From assembly GCF_000015805.1 (NCBI RefSeq), contig NC_009073.1:630001-662000 (forward strand): a stretch of 32,000 nt of DNA, written 5' to 3'. Below the pieces are notes generated by a model, which was not told where the DNA came from, ran no database searches, and worked only from the letters and a program-made list of their open reading frames with translations. Of this stretch, positions 15,885 to 23,980 are shown one piece after another; position 1 is the first letter of the stretch; every line of letters begins with the position of its first letter. This DNA comes from Pyrobaculum calidifontis JCM 11548 (GTDB lineage: Archaea; Thermoproteota; Thermoprotei; Thermoproteales; Thermoproteaceae). Made by a program: the position numbers and the translations under genes.

Positions 15885-16302
15885 AGTAAAAGAGGGGAAG
15901 GCGTATATGACGACGGCCCCACCTACTTCAGGGCACGCCGAGGTGTGACCTACACGCCGAGAGGAGGCGGGCTAGGCGCTTGTCCTAGGTCTGCTTAATG
16001 TTGCTAACACCTATTGCTAGTATGCGCCGATAAGCCCTAGAGTACAAGCAAAAGACAATACACGTAGGCGTGCTCATACCCCGCTTTACTATGTAGTGTC
16101 TCATGCTATTTCTACACGTTGTCCCACTGGGCTTGCCACACTTTGTGCAACTCTACGACCGAGCAACTACCTCGCCCTCGTGATATCATATGCGCACATC
16201 AGCGCTCCAGAGACGCCTCCCTTGATATAGAAGTTGTAAGGCCAACTTGTGACGTGTTTGTCCGCGTCTCGGGCCTTTGTTGAGCAGAAAAAGGGCGGTG
16301 TA

Positions 16303-17070
16303 TTAACCTGTATGCCTTATCTCGATACCCATGTCCTTCAACGCGGCGTTGAGCCGCTTGAGCATCGCCTTTACGTCGAGTTCTACCACTCGGCTGTCCA
16401 CGGTCTCGAAGTGGATCCAGTCGTGGGGCACCCTCATCCTCCTGGCCCGCACTATCCTCATCCTCCTCACGTGGAGGCCCATCTCCTCGAGCTGGGGGTC
16501 TACCTCCAGGGCGATGATTACGTCGGCTAAGTGCTCTGCCGCCACCACCATGCCGTATATCTCCTCCACGTCTGTGTGCGCGGTCACCAGCACCACGGAC
16601 TCCGTCCGCTTGGCGAAGATCTTAAACGCGCGGAAGAGGTCAAGCGACGCGCCCGGGCTCCTCATCAAGACCTCGTTCAAAGAGTCAAACACCACGAGGC
16701 CGCCTCTGAACTCGTCCACGAACTCCAACAACTTGTTCACCACGGTGTAGGCGTCGAGAGACTCCAGCCTGTGCCTCGCCGGGGGCTTAAGCTTAGAAAA
16801 GCGCTCGCTGGGCGCCACGAACCCGTCGACGATGGTCACCCGGTCCAGGGGCGCGCCCCGGGCCTTGAGCTCCTCAGCCACTTCATCTGCCATGGAGTCC
16901 ACGGCGAATATTAAGACAGGCGCGCCGGAGATAGCCGCCGTCGCCGCCATAATGGTGGCGAAGAAGGACTTCCCAACGCCCAGCTGGCCCTCCAACAGCA
17001 CTAGGTAGCCAGGCGGAATGCCCTCCGGCAGATTCTCGTCAAGAGGCCCCACCCCAGTCTTTAAACCCAT
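16303..17070 (-). CDS. KaiC/RadA-paralogue-type RecA-superfamily ATPase
   Basis: MGLKTGVGPLDENLPEGIPPGYLVLLEGQLGVGKS contains the Walker A motif and GGLVVFDSL the Walker B motif. ATG 17070 has TTATTATA 19-26 nt upstream on the minus strand. The ORF-track extension to 17220 overlaps the divergent gene and is R/G-rich. Confidence 0.8.
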   Translation of the reverse strand: MGLKTGVGPLDENLPEGIPPGYLVLLEGQLGVGKSFFATIMAATAAISGAPVLIFAVDSMADEVAEELKARGAPLDRVTIVDGFVAPSERFSKLKPPARHRLESLDAYTVVNKLLEFVDEFRGGLVVFDSLNEVLMRSPGASLDLFRAFKIFAKRTESVVLVTAHTDVEEIYGMVVAAEHLADVIIALEVDPQLEEMGLHVRRMRIVRARRMRVPHDWIHFETVDSRVVELDVKAMLKRLNAALKDMGIEIRHTG

Positions 17071-17137
17071 GTGCATAGAGGCGCGGGGTATAATAACATT
17101 CCCCGTAATACAGATAAATACACATCTCCAACCTACC

Positions 17138-18028
17138 GTGCGCGTGACCCTCAGCGTCGTCCGGCCCTTCGACCCCTGGCGCAACCCGCTGTGCACATGT
17201 CCCCCCAAGTACGGCCTCAACCCCTACACGGGGTGCGGCCACGGCTGCCTCTACTGCTACATCACCTCGTACATTCCCAACGCCTTTAACCCAAGGCCCA
17301 AGGAGAGGCTCATGGAGCTAGTCAGGAGAGACCTGGAGAAGATCCCAAGGGGGGCCGTAGTCGCCCTGTCAAACTCCTCAGACCCCTACACCCCGCCCGA
17401 GGCCCAGCTAGGCCTCACGAGGAAGGTCCTGGAAGCCCTCCTAGAAAGGGGGTACAGAGTGCTTATAACCACGAAGTCCCCCCTAGTCCTACGCGACTTA
17501 GACATCCTGGCAAAGCACAGGGAGAGGGTGGCCGTGCAAATCACTATTACAACGCTGAGGGAGGAGCTGGCAGAGAGGCTGGAGCCGCGCGCCCCAAGGC
17601 CCCGCGGCAGACTCGACGCCGTTAAGAAGCTCGCCGAGGCCGGCATCAAAGTCACCGTGAGACTCGACCCCCTCATCCCCTACCTCAACGACGACGAGGA
17701 GAACATCGAAGAAGTCGCCTCCTCCGCGGCCGCCGCCGGCGCTGTACACTTAGTGGCAAGCACGTACAAGGCAAAGCGAGACAACTTCGCGCGACTGGCA
17801 AACGCCTTCCCAGACAAGGCCCCCCTCTGGCGCGACCTGTATTTTGAGAAAGGTCAGTACTTCCACGGCCAGTGGTATGCTCCCGCCGATTACAGGAGGC
17901 GCGTGCTCGCCGCCGCGGCGGAGGCGGCCAGGCGACACGGCCTACAGTTCACAATCTGCCGTGAGGAATTCCTCGACTTGAACACGCCGGGCGCCTACTG
18001 CGACGGCAGCCACCTACTGCAGCGCTGA
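17138..18028 (+). CDS. Radical SAM protein of the SPL / DNA-repair-photolyase-like family (COG1533 type)
   Basis: NPYTGCGHGCLYCY carries the CX3CX2C cluster. The overall layout matches the SPL-like radical SAM family. GTG 17138 lies about 24 nt after GATAAATAC (17112-17120). Alternative starts are ATG 17069 and the ORF-track start 17018. Confidence 0.75.
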   Translation: MRVTLSVVRPFDPWRNPLCTCPPKYGLNPYTGCGHGCLYCYITSYIPNAFNPRPKERLMELVRRDLEKIPRGAVVALSNSSDPYTPPEAQLGLTRKVLEALLERGYRVLITTKSPLVLRDLDILAKHRERVAVQITITTLREELAERLEPRAPRPRGRLDAVKKLAEAGIKVTVRLDPLIPYLNDDEENIEEVASSAAAAGAVHLVASTYKAKRDNFARLANAFPDKAPLWRDLYFEKGQYFHGQWYAPADYRRRVLAAAAEAARRHGLQFTICREEFLDLNTPGAYCDGSHLLQR

Positions 18029-18035
18029 AGTGGGG

Positions 18036-18048
18036 AAAATTTAAAATT
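18036..18048 (+). promoter_or_regulatory. TATA-like box for the rhomboid gene
   Basis: AAAATTTAAAATT is centred about 24 nt upstream of GTG 18066. Confidence 0.5.
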
Positions 18049-18065
18049 GGTGAGGAGAGGTTAGA

Positions 18066-18761
18066 GTGGCTTTACCTATCCGCGATATAAATCCGACGAG
18101 GAGCTTCCCCTTTGTGACTAAGGCTCTCGTCTTTGTAAACATTGCCGTGTTTATATACCAGATACTCGACCCCGCAATCACGGCGAAGTATGCCTTTGTC
18201 CCAGAAAAAGCCTCCTCGGAGCTCTACCGCTGGGTAACACACATGTTTCTCCACAGCGGCATAATGCACATAACTGGAAATATGATTTACCTCTGGGTAT
18301 TCGGCGACAACGTGGAAGACTACTACGGACACCTCCGCTTCCTCTTCCTATACCTCTTCTGGGGAGTGGCGGCTGCCTTCGCCCACTGGGCGTCGACCAT
18401 CGCCCAGGCGTCGATGATCGAGAACCCCTACCTCAAGAGTTACCTCCTAAAGATGCCGGCGGTAGGCGCCTCCGGGGCCATAAGCGGAGTTCTTGGGGCA
18501 TATCTTGTGCTGTATCCCCGTGCCAGAATTCTCACCTTGACCTTCTTCATCGTGATTACGTTGATAGAGGTGCCAGCGTGGGCGTATATAGGCTTCTGGT
18601 TCCTGTATCAGCTTATCTACGGATTCATAGACTTTTTTGCCCTGCAGAAGGTAGAGGTCGCATACTTTGCCCACATAGGGGGATTCGTCGCGGGGGCATT
18701 AACCGCGCTGGCCACGAGGGGCCGTAGGAGGAGGGTTGTGTATTACTACTATTGGCCGTAG
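18066..18761 (+). CDS. Rhomboid-family intramembrane serine protease
   Basis: HMFLHSGIMHITGNMIYLWVFG, the catalytic Ser in GASGAISGVLGAY and the catalytic His in AHIGGFVAG are present. There are about 6 TM segments. Confidence 0.88.
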   Translation: MALPIRDINPTRSFPFVTKALVFVNIAVFIYQILDPAITAKYAFVPEKASSELYRWVTHMFLHSGIMHITGNMIYLWVFGDNVEDYYGHLRFLFLYLFWGVAAAFAHWASTIAQASMIENPYLKSYLLKMPAVGASGAISGVLGAYLVLYPRARILTLTFFIVITLIEVPAWAYIGFWFLYQLIYGFIDFFALQKVEVAYFAHIGGFVAGALTALATRGRRRRVVYYYYWP

Positions 18762-19042
18762 CCCTGGCGGAGCGAGGAGGTCCGTCTCTTATCTGTCGTT
18801 GTTTTGGCCTGCAGAGCCTTCTCTACTGCCTCCAGCTTCCTCATGACGTTTGCGCAGTTCAAGATGTATATCGTGGACTCGCCCACTTTTACAGACTTTA
18901 TGTACCCATTGTTCTCAAGCCAGAAGAGGTGCCACTGCGCCGCGCCCCAGGTTATGCCCAACCTCTTAGTCACATCGCTAGCCGTCGTGTAGCCCTGGGA
19001 GGCGACGATCTTGAGGATTTCCACTTTCACATTATCAAGCAC
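18749..19042 (-). CDS. Winged helix-turn-helix transcriptional regulator (small, ArsR/MarR-like)
   Basis: KVEILKIVASQGYTTASDVTKRLGITWGAAQWHLFWLENNGYIKSVKVGESTIYIL reads as an HTH followed by a wing. The start is GTG 19042 or GTG 19030. The gene overlaps the rhomboid 3' end by 13 nt. Confidence 0.7.
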   Translation of the reverse strand: MLDNVKVEILKIVASQGYTTASDVTKRLGITWGAAQWHLFWLENNGYIKSVKVGESTIYILNCANVMRKLEAVEKALQAKTTTDKRRTSSLRQGYGQ

Positions 19043-19157
19043 GGAGTCTAGATCTCTCTCTTATTTATGGTTTATGGTGAGTAACTTTTTAAACATTGGC
19101 ATAATATTTAGTGCCCCTGGCGTGGGGTGTCGAGCCGCCGCACAGGCGCCGGTGAAC

Positions 19158-19177
19158 ACGCCCCCTCCAAGGGGCGT
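19158..19177 (+). other. Perfect 7-bp GC-rich hairpin followed by ACA
   Basis: ACGCCCC (19158-19164), loop CTCCAA, GGGGCGT (19171-19177), then ACA at 19178-19180. It lies in a 286-bp intergenic region downstream of AT-rich promoter-like sequence. Confidence 0.4.
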
Positions 19178-19328
19178 ACACACGCAAGCCGTTTAGCGCG
19201 TTAGATAAAGCCGCGTGCCACCATTGTAGTCTGGGTATGCGCCTTAGAGGTCGCAATGTCCGTGTTTGTGTCTAAAGGCGGTTTTGGGCGACCCTAGAGA
19301 GGTTATAAACTGGCGAGTGTTGTGAGAC

Positions 19329-19668
19329 GTGGTTCCGCCAGTGTTGATAGGGATTTTGGGCGGGCTTTTCGTGGGACTGTCTCTACTTGACGTTGCGCCG
19401 CCTTGGCTTGGTTATCCCCTTGGCGCGGCCTTTTTAAGCATATACGTGGTAGCCCTCGTCGCGGGGCTTAGGATGGCACGGTCGAAGAGGCCCTCGCCAG
19501 CGGGCCTCGTGGGCAAGAGGGGGGTTGTGGTAGAGGCGTCGGGGGGGGTTTGCCCTAGTGAAGGTGGATGGTGTGTACTGGCGCGCGGCTTGTGTTGGCT
19601 GTGGGCCAGGCGACGTGGTGGAGGTTGTGGGCGTTGGGGATGTGGGGCTTGTCGTTGAGAAGAGATGA
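19329..19668 (+). pseudogene. NfeD-like membrane protein interrupted by a frameshift at a G8 run
   Basis: The frame from GTG 19329 gives two TM helices plus GLVGKRGVVVEASGG. After the G8 run (19541-19548) the +1 frame reads FALVKVDGVYWRAACVGCGPGDVVEVVGVGDVGLVVEKR*, an NfeD-like OB-fold C-terminus. That frame ends at TGA 19666-19668, overlapping the next ATG. The span is 340 nt, which is 3n+1. Confidence 0.7.
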
Positions 19669-20189
19669 CGGCTGTGCTACTCGCCGTAGTGCTGGCGGCG
19701 CTGTTGGCGGTTCTCCACTTTGTGTGGCCATTCTTGGCGAAGAGGGGCGGGGCCTACAGCACTTCCAGCGTTGCGGCGGCTCGGTGGGCGTTTCAAGTGG
19801 TGGGGGTGAGGGGGAAGAGGGTTGTGGACTTGGGTTGCGGCTATGGCCGAGTGCTGGCGTTGGCTAAGTCCATGGGCGCCGCCTCGGTGGCGGGGGTGGA
19901 GATTGACCCAATCCGCTGGCTAATCTGCACGGCGAGGTGTCGGTGTAGGGTGGCTCTGGGGGACATGTTTAAATTCGACGTGTCAAACGCCGACGTCGTC
20001 TACATATTCCAGTGGCCCTCTGTCAACGCCAGGCTCGCCGAGAAGCTAAGGAGGGAGCTGAGACCAGGCGCCTACGTGGTGTCGTACATGTGGGAGGTGC
20101 CCGGCCTAGCCTTGGTCGCCCACAACCCCGCCCTGCGCGTGTACATCTACAAGCGCCCTGAAGAGCCTAGACAAGAGCTCTCTCACTGA
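19665..20189 (+). CDS. Class I SAM-dependent methyltransferase with an N-terminal TM helix
   Basis: Motif I VVDLGCGYGRVLALA, then AGVEID, ADVVYIF and LRPGAYVV. The N-terminus is hydrophobic (MTAVLLAVVLAALLAVLHFVW). Confidence 0.75.
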   Translation: MTAVLLAVVLAALLAVLHFVWPFLAKRGGAYSTSSVAAARWAFQVVGVRGKRVVDLGCGYGRVLALAKSMGAASVAGVEIDPIRWLICTARCRCRVALGDMFKFDVSNADVVYIFQWPSVNARLAEKLRRELRPGAYVVSYMWEVPGLALVAHNPALRVYIYKRPEEPRQELSH

Positions 20190-21050
20190 GAGGCTCTGTA
20201 GCAGTTGGTACAGCTTAATGAGCTGGGCCGCCTCTATCACTGTCACGCGGTTGGCCAGGTCTCTGTACCTCCCCTCCAGAAGCTCCCGCAGCGTGGCCAA
20301 GGTCTCCACGTCGTACCTCGTCAACACGTATACCAAGGCCGCGTCGCTGTTCTCCGCCGCGTCTCTCAGGGCGTTTAAATCTGCGATGACTGACCTATCC
20401 CTCATGGTTACTTGCACAGCCGCGGCTAGGCGGCCGTCCCCGGTGAGGAAGGCCAAGTCCACGCGGTGTAGCCCCACTAGGTGTTTTCTAGCCACGTTAA
20501 ACCCGAGCAGTTCCCCCATGGCCGCGGCGGCTTTTACCACCTCGTCGTAGGTGGCGGCGGGGAGGGGGTTGGAGATCAGCCTAGTCTCAATGAGCTCGCC
20601 TATGCACTGCGGGAGTGCCTCGTCGTCGAAGTATATGCCGTACCCCCCGTCTCTGTAGGCGTTGAGCAAGAGCTCCAGCTTTGGATAAAGACAGCGGAGG
20701 TGCGACAAGTCCACCTCCCCCGTGGTTAAAACCCTCGCCCGCAACATCCAGGGGTACTTCACTCTGCCCGCCGCAATTTCGTCGGGCCAGTAGGGGCCCT
20801 GGGACTCTGTCCACCTGTGCGTCACCTCGGCCACCGCGGCCTGGCTTCCGCACGCCGCGCCGCACCGCTTGTCCACCATAACTGCGATGAGTCTGAAGTA
20901 GGGCTTGATAAACCCCCGCACCCGGGCCTGGTCCATCGGCACGCCGAAGACGCCGTAGGAAACCGCGTGGAGGAAGTGGTCCCTGTCCATCAAGACGAGC
21001 CAGTAGAGGTCCACGGAGAGAGGAGATGAGCTACCTATTAAAGCCGCCAT
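20106..21050 (-). CDS. PUA-like (EVE/YTH-type) domain fused to a restriction-endonuclease-like C-terminal domain (hypothetical)
   Basis: The N-terminal YWLVLMDRDHFLHAVSYGVFGVP...AVAEVTHRWTESQGPYWPDE...KYPWMLRARV fits the EVE/PUA-like pattern. The C-terminal LGFNVARKHLVGLHRVDLAFLTGDGRLAAAVQVTMR resembles a PD-(D/E)xK core but has Q-V-T where E-x-K is expected. Confidence 0.5.
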   Translation of the reverse strand: MAALIGSSSPLSVDLYWLVLMDRDHFLHAVSYGVFGVPMDQARVRGFIKPYFRLIAVMVDKRCGAACGSQAAVAEVTHRWTESQGPYWPDEIAAGRVKYPWMLRARVLTTGEVDLSHLRCLYPKLELLLNAYRDGGYGIYFDDEALPQCIGELIETRLISNPLPAATYDEVVKAAAAMGELLGFNVARKHLVGLHRVDLAFLTGDGRLAAAVQVTMRDRSVIADLNALRDAAENSDAALVYVLTRYDVETLATLRELLEGRYRDLANRVTVIEAAQLIKLYQLLQSLSVRELLSRLFRALVDVHAQGGVVGDQG

Positions 21051-21137
21051 TTGTACTAAAAGACGTGAATATTACAACGCTTTACTTATCCCTTACTTTT
21101 GAGGAAAAGTATTATTAATACTGGGGTTTTGTGGCCT

Positions 21138-23978
21138 GTGAGCGAGCTTGCCAAGTTCTTTATCGAGGTGGCGGAGAAGTGGCAGAGGAGGTGGGCCGAG
21201 GCCAAGGTGTTTGAGCCCTCGCCGCAGCCTGGGAGGCCTAAGTTCTTCATAACGGCGGCGTATCCCTACCCCAACGGGACTATACACATTGGCCACGGCA
21301 GGACATACCTAGTCGCAGACGTAATGGCGCGCTTCCGCCGCCACCTGGGCTACAACGTGCTGTTCCCCATGGCCTTCCACTACACCGGGACCCCCATTTT
21401 GACCATCGCCGAGGTCATCGCCGCTGGGGACAAGGCCGTCATAGAGGAGTACAAGGAGATATACGGCGTGTCAGACGACGACATTAAGAAGATGGGGGAC
21501 CCGCTCTACTTGGCGCAGTACTTCCACCGCAGGTCTAAGGAGGCAATGATCAAGTTCGGCCTCGGCATTGACTGGAGCCGGGAGTTTACCACGATTGACC
21601 CAGAGTACCAGCGCTTTATCCAGTGGCAGTTTGAGAAACTGAGGAAGAGGGGCCTAATTGTGAGAGGGAGGCACCCAGTGGGGTGGTGCCCGCGGCATCA
21701 AATGCCCGTGGGGGCCCACGACACTAAGGACGACAAAGAGCCCGAAATCGGCCAGTGGACTCTCATATACTTCGTTGATGGGGAGGGCTTGGTGTACCCC
21801 ACGGCTACTCTCAGGCCTGAGACTGTGCCCGGCGTGACGAACATCTGGATTAACCCGGACGCGGAGTACGTAGTGGCCGAGTTCGAGGGGAGGAAGATGG
21901 TGTTGAGCAAAGACGCGGCGTATAGGCTCTCCTTCCAAGGCAACGTCAAAGTGATTAGAGAGGCCAGGGGGAGAGAGTTCGTGGGCAGGCGGGTGTTAAA
22001 CCCAGTGACGGGGGAGTGGGTGCCGGTCTACGAGGCCAAGTTCGTGGACCCCAAGGTGGGGACTGGGGTAGTGATGTCCGTGCCCGCCCACGCGCCGTAC
22101 GACTACGCGGCGCTGAGGGACATGGGGGAGGTGAAGCTCATCCCCCTGATAAGGGTGGAGGGGTACGGCGAGTACCCCGCCAAGGAGGTGGTGGAGCGGA
22201 TGGGGATAAAGAGCCAGACCGACCCAGCCCTCGAGGAGGCGACTAGGGAGGTCTACTCCGCGGAGTATACGAGGGGCGTGGTTAGAGAAGACGTGGTTGA
22301 CCGCATAGCGCCTCACCTCCCCGAGCCCGCGAGGTCTATGGTGAGGGCCGTGTTTAAGCTGTACTTCGCCGGGAGGCCTGTGAAAGAGGCGCGGGAGTTC
22401 ATTTCCAAGTGGCTCGCCGAGGCTGGGCTAGGCGGCGTGATGTACGACATAATGAACAAGCCGGTGTACTGCAGATGTGGTACTGAGATCGTGGTGAAGG
22501 TGCTGGAGGACCAGTGGTTTATAAACTACGGGGAGAGGGGCTGGAAGCAGTTGGCGAGGCAGTTGGTAGAGGAGATGGCCATAATTCCGCAGGAGGCCAA
22601 GGCCCAGTTCTTGGCCACCATAGACTGGCTGGATAAGAGGGCCTGCGCCAGGACTAGGGGGCTGGGCACGCCTCTGCCGTGGAGCCAGGGGTGGGTTATC
22701 GAGAGCTTAAGCGACTCCACCATCTACATGGCCTTCTACACGGTCATCAAGAAGATCAGGGCCCTGGGGCTGAGGCCGGAGCAGTTGACAGAGGAGTTTT
22801 GGGACTACGTGTTCCTCGGCCAGGGGAGCGCGGCAGAGGTGGCGAAGAGGATAGGCGTAGACCCCGCGGCCCTTGAGGAGATTAGGCGCGAATTTGACTA
22901 CTGGTACCCCCTGGACTCTAGGAACTCGGGCAAAGACCTCATACCCAACCACCTCACCTTCTTCATATTCAACCACGTGGCCATCTTCCCCAGGGAGAAG
23001 TGGCCAAGGCAGATCGTGGCCAACGGCTGGGTGCTGAGGGAGGGGGAGAAGATGTCTAAGTCTAAGCGGAACGTCTTGCCCTTGGACAAGGCGGTGGCGT
23101 TGTACGGCCCAGACCCGCTCCGCGCCACGTTGGCAATAGCGGCGGAGGTGGAGCAGGACCTAGACTTCAGAGACGCAGAGGCGAGGAGAAACTCTCAGCA
23201 GCTCATGTCTATCTACAACCTCGTGCAGAGGCTGGCGCAGAGCGCCGTGGAGAGAGAGGAGACTTGGCTTGACAAGTGGCTGATCTCCGAGGTGGCGCAC
23301 GTCCTCGAGAGGGCTAGAGAGGCGTATGAGAAAGTGAGGCTGAGGCAGGCCGCCGTGGAGCTGTTGTACAACGCCGAGGCCGTCTTTAGCCAGTACCTCT
23401 CCATGGTGGACAAGCCGTCTAAAAGCGCGGTGGAGGCCGCCAAGGCGTGGGTAGTGGCCCTGGAGCCCATAGTGCCGCACTTCGCCGAGGAGCTCTGGCA
23501 AATTCTCGGTGGCGAGGGGTTTGCCGCGACGGCGCCTTGGCCAAAGCTGAGCCCAGACCCAGCCGCCCTCTTGGCCAAGAGGTATGTGGACATGTTGATT
23601 GAAGATGTGAAAAACATCCCCGCATATAAGGCCGGGGCGAAGAGGGTGGCGATATACGTCAACGGCAACTACCAGTGGCTGAGAGCCGCCGTGGGGAAAG
23701 ACGTCAAGGCGGCCATTGAGGCGGGAGCCCCGCCCCAGTTGGCCAAGAGACTCGTAGACTTCGCCAAGTCCATGGGCGAAGAGGTGAGGGGGCTCGTAGA
23801 GCGCGTGGAACAATTCGACGAATACGCCGCCCTCCAGTCGTACAAGAGGTACGTAGAAAAGGCGCTTGGAGTTCCAGTGGACATATACAAGGCAGACGAC
23901 CCCCAGGCGCCAGACCTAGGCGGAAAGAAGAAGGCGGCGCTACCCCTAAAGCCCGGCATATTCATAGAAGTAGGCTAG
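21138..23978 (+). CDS. leuS: Leucyl-tRNA synthetase
   Basis: The HIGH motif (PYPNGTIHIGHGRTY), the KMSKS motif (KMSKSKRN) and a CP1 editing-domain-sized insertion are present. GTG 21138 lies about 24 nt after ATTATTAATA (21111-21120). The ORF-track start is TTG 21099. Confidence 0.93.
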   Translation: MSELAKFFIEVAEKWQRRWAEAKVFEPSPQPGRPKFFITAAYPYPNGTIHIGHGRTYLVADVMARFRRHLGYNVLFPMAFHYTGTPILTIAEVIAAGDKAVIEEYKEIYGVSDDDIKKMGDPLYLAQYFHRRSKEAMIKFGLGIDWSREFTTIDPEYQRFIQWQFEKLRKRGLIVRGRHPVGWCPRHQMPVGAHDTKDDKEPEIGQWTLIYFVDGEGLVYPTATLRPETVPGVTNIWINPDAEYVVAEFEGRKMVLSKDAAYRLSFQGNVKVIREARGREFVGRRVLNPVTGEWVPVYEAKFVDPKVGTGVVMSVPAHAPYDYAALRDMGEVKLIPLIRVEGYGEYPAKEVVERMGIKSQTDPALEEATREVYSAEYTRGVVREDVVDRIAPHLPEPARSMVRAVFKLYFAGRPVKEAREFISKWLAEAGLGGVMYDIMNKPVYCRCGTEIVVKVLEDQWFINYGERGWKQLARQLVEEMAIIPQEAKAQFLATIDWLDKRACARTRGLGTPLPWSQGWVIESLSDSTIYMAFYTVIKKIRALGLRPEQLTEEFWDYVFLGQGSAAEVAKRIGVDPAALEEIRREFDYWYPLDSRNSGKDLIPNHLTFFIFNHVAIFPREKWPRQIVANGWVLREGEKMSKSKRNVLPLDKAVALYGPDPLRATLAIAAEVEQDLDFRDAEARRNSQQLMSIYNLVQRLAQSAVEREETWLDKWLISEVAHVLERAREAYEKVRLRQAAVELLYNAEAVFSQYLSMVDKPSKSAVEAAKAWVVALEPIVPHFAEELWQILGGEGFAATAPWPKLSPDPAALLAKRYVDMLIEDVKNIPAYKAGAKRVAIYVNGNYQWLRAAVGKDVKAAIEAGAPPQLAKRLVDFAKSMGEEVRGLVERVEQFDEYAALQSYKRYVEKALGVPVDIYKADDPQAPDLGGKKKAALPLKPGIFIEVG

Positions 23979-23980
23979 GG

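Noticed and set aside
15907-15913. ATGACGA, a near C-box (RUGAUGA) in the 418-bp gene-free region. Weak CUGAUGU/AUGAUAU-like motifs also occur on the minus strand at 16181-16205.
   Set aside because: No correctly spaced D/D' (CUGA) boxes or terminal stem could be found, so there is not enough evidence to call a C/D-box sRNA.
19549-19658. The C/W/R/G-rich tail of ORF 19329..19658 and the overlapping ORF 19568..19867.
   Set aside because: The +1 frame over the same bases gives a proper NfeD OB-fold C-terminus that is ATGA-coupled to the next gene. These frames are artefacts of the G8 frameshift.
23160-23813. A 217-aa minus-strand ORF (and neighbouring ones) inside leuS. The similar plus-strand ORFs 26189-26884 and 25262-25774 lie inside rgy, and 30403-30906 lies inside polB.
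   Set aside because: All are antisense to strongly supported housekeeping genes and have the R/P/G/H-rich composition of shadow ORFs.
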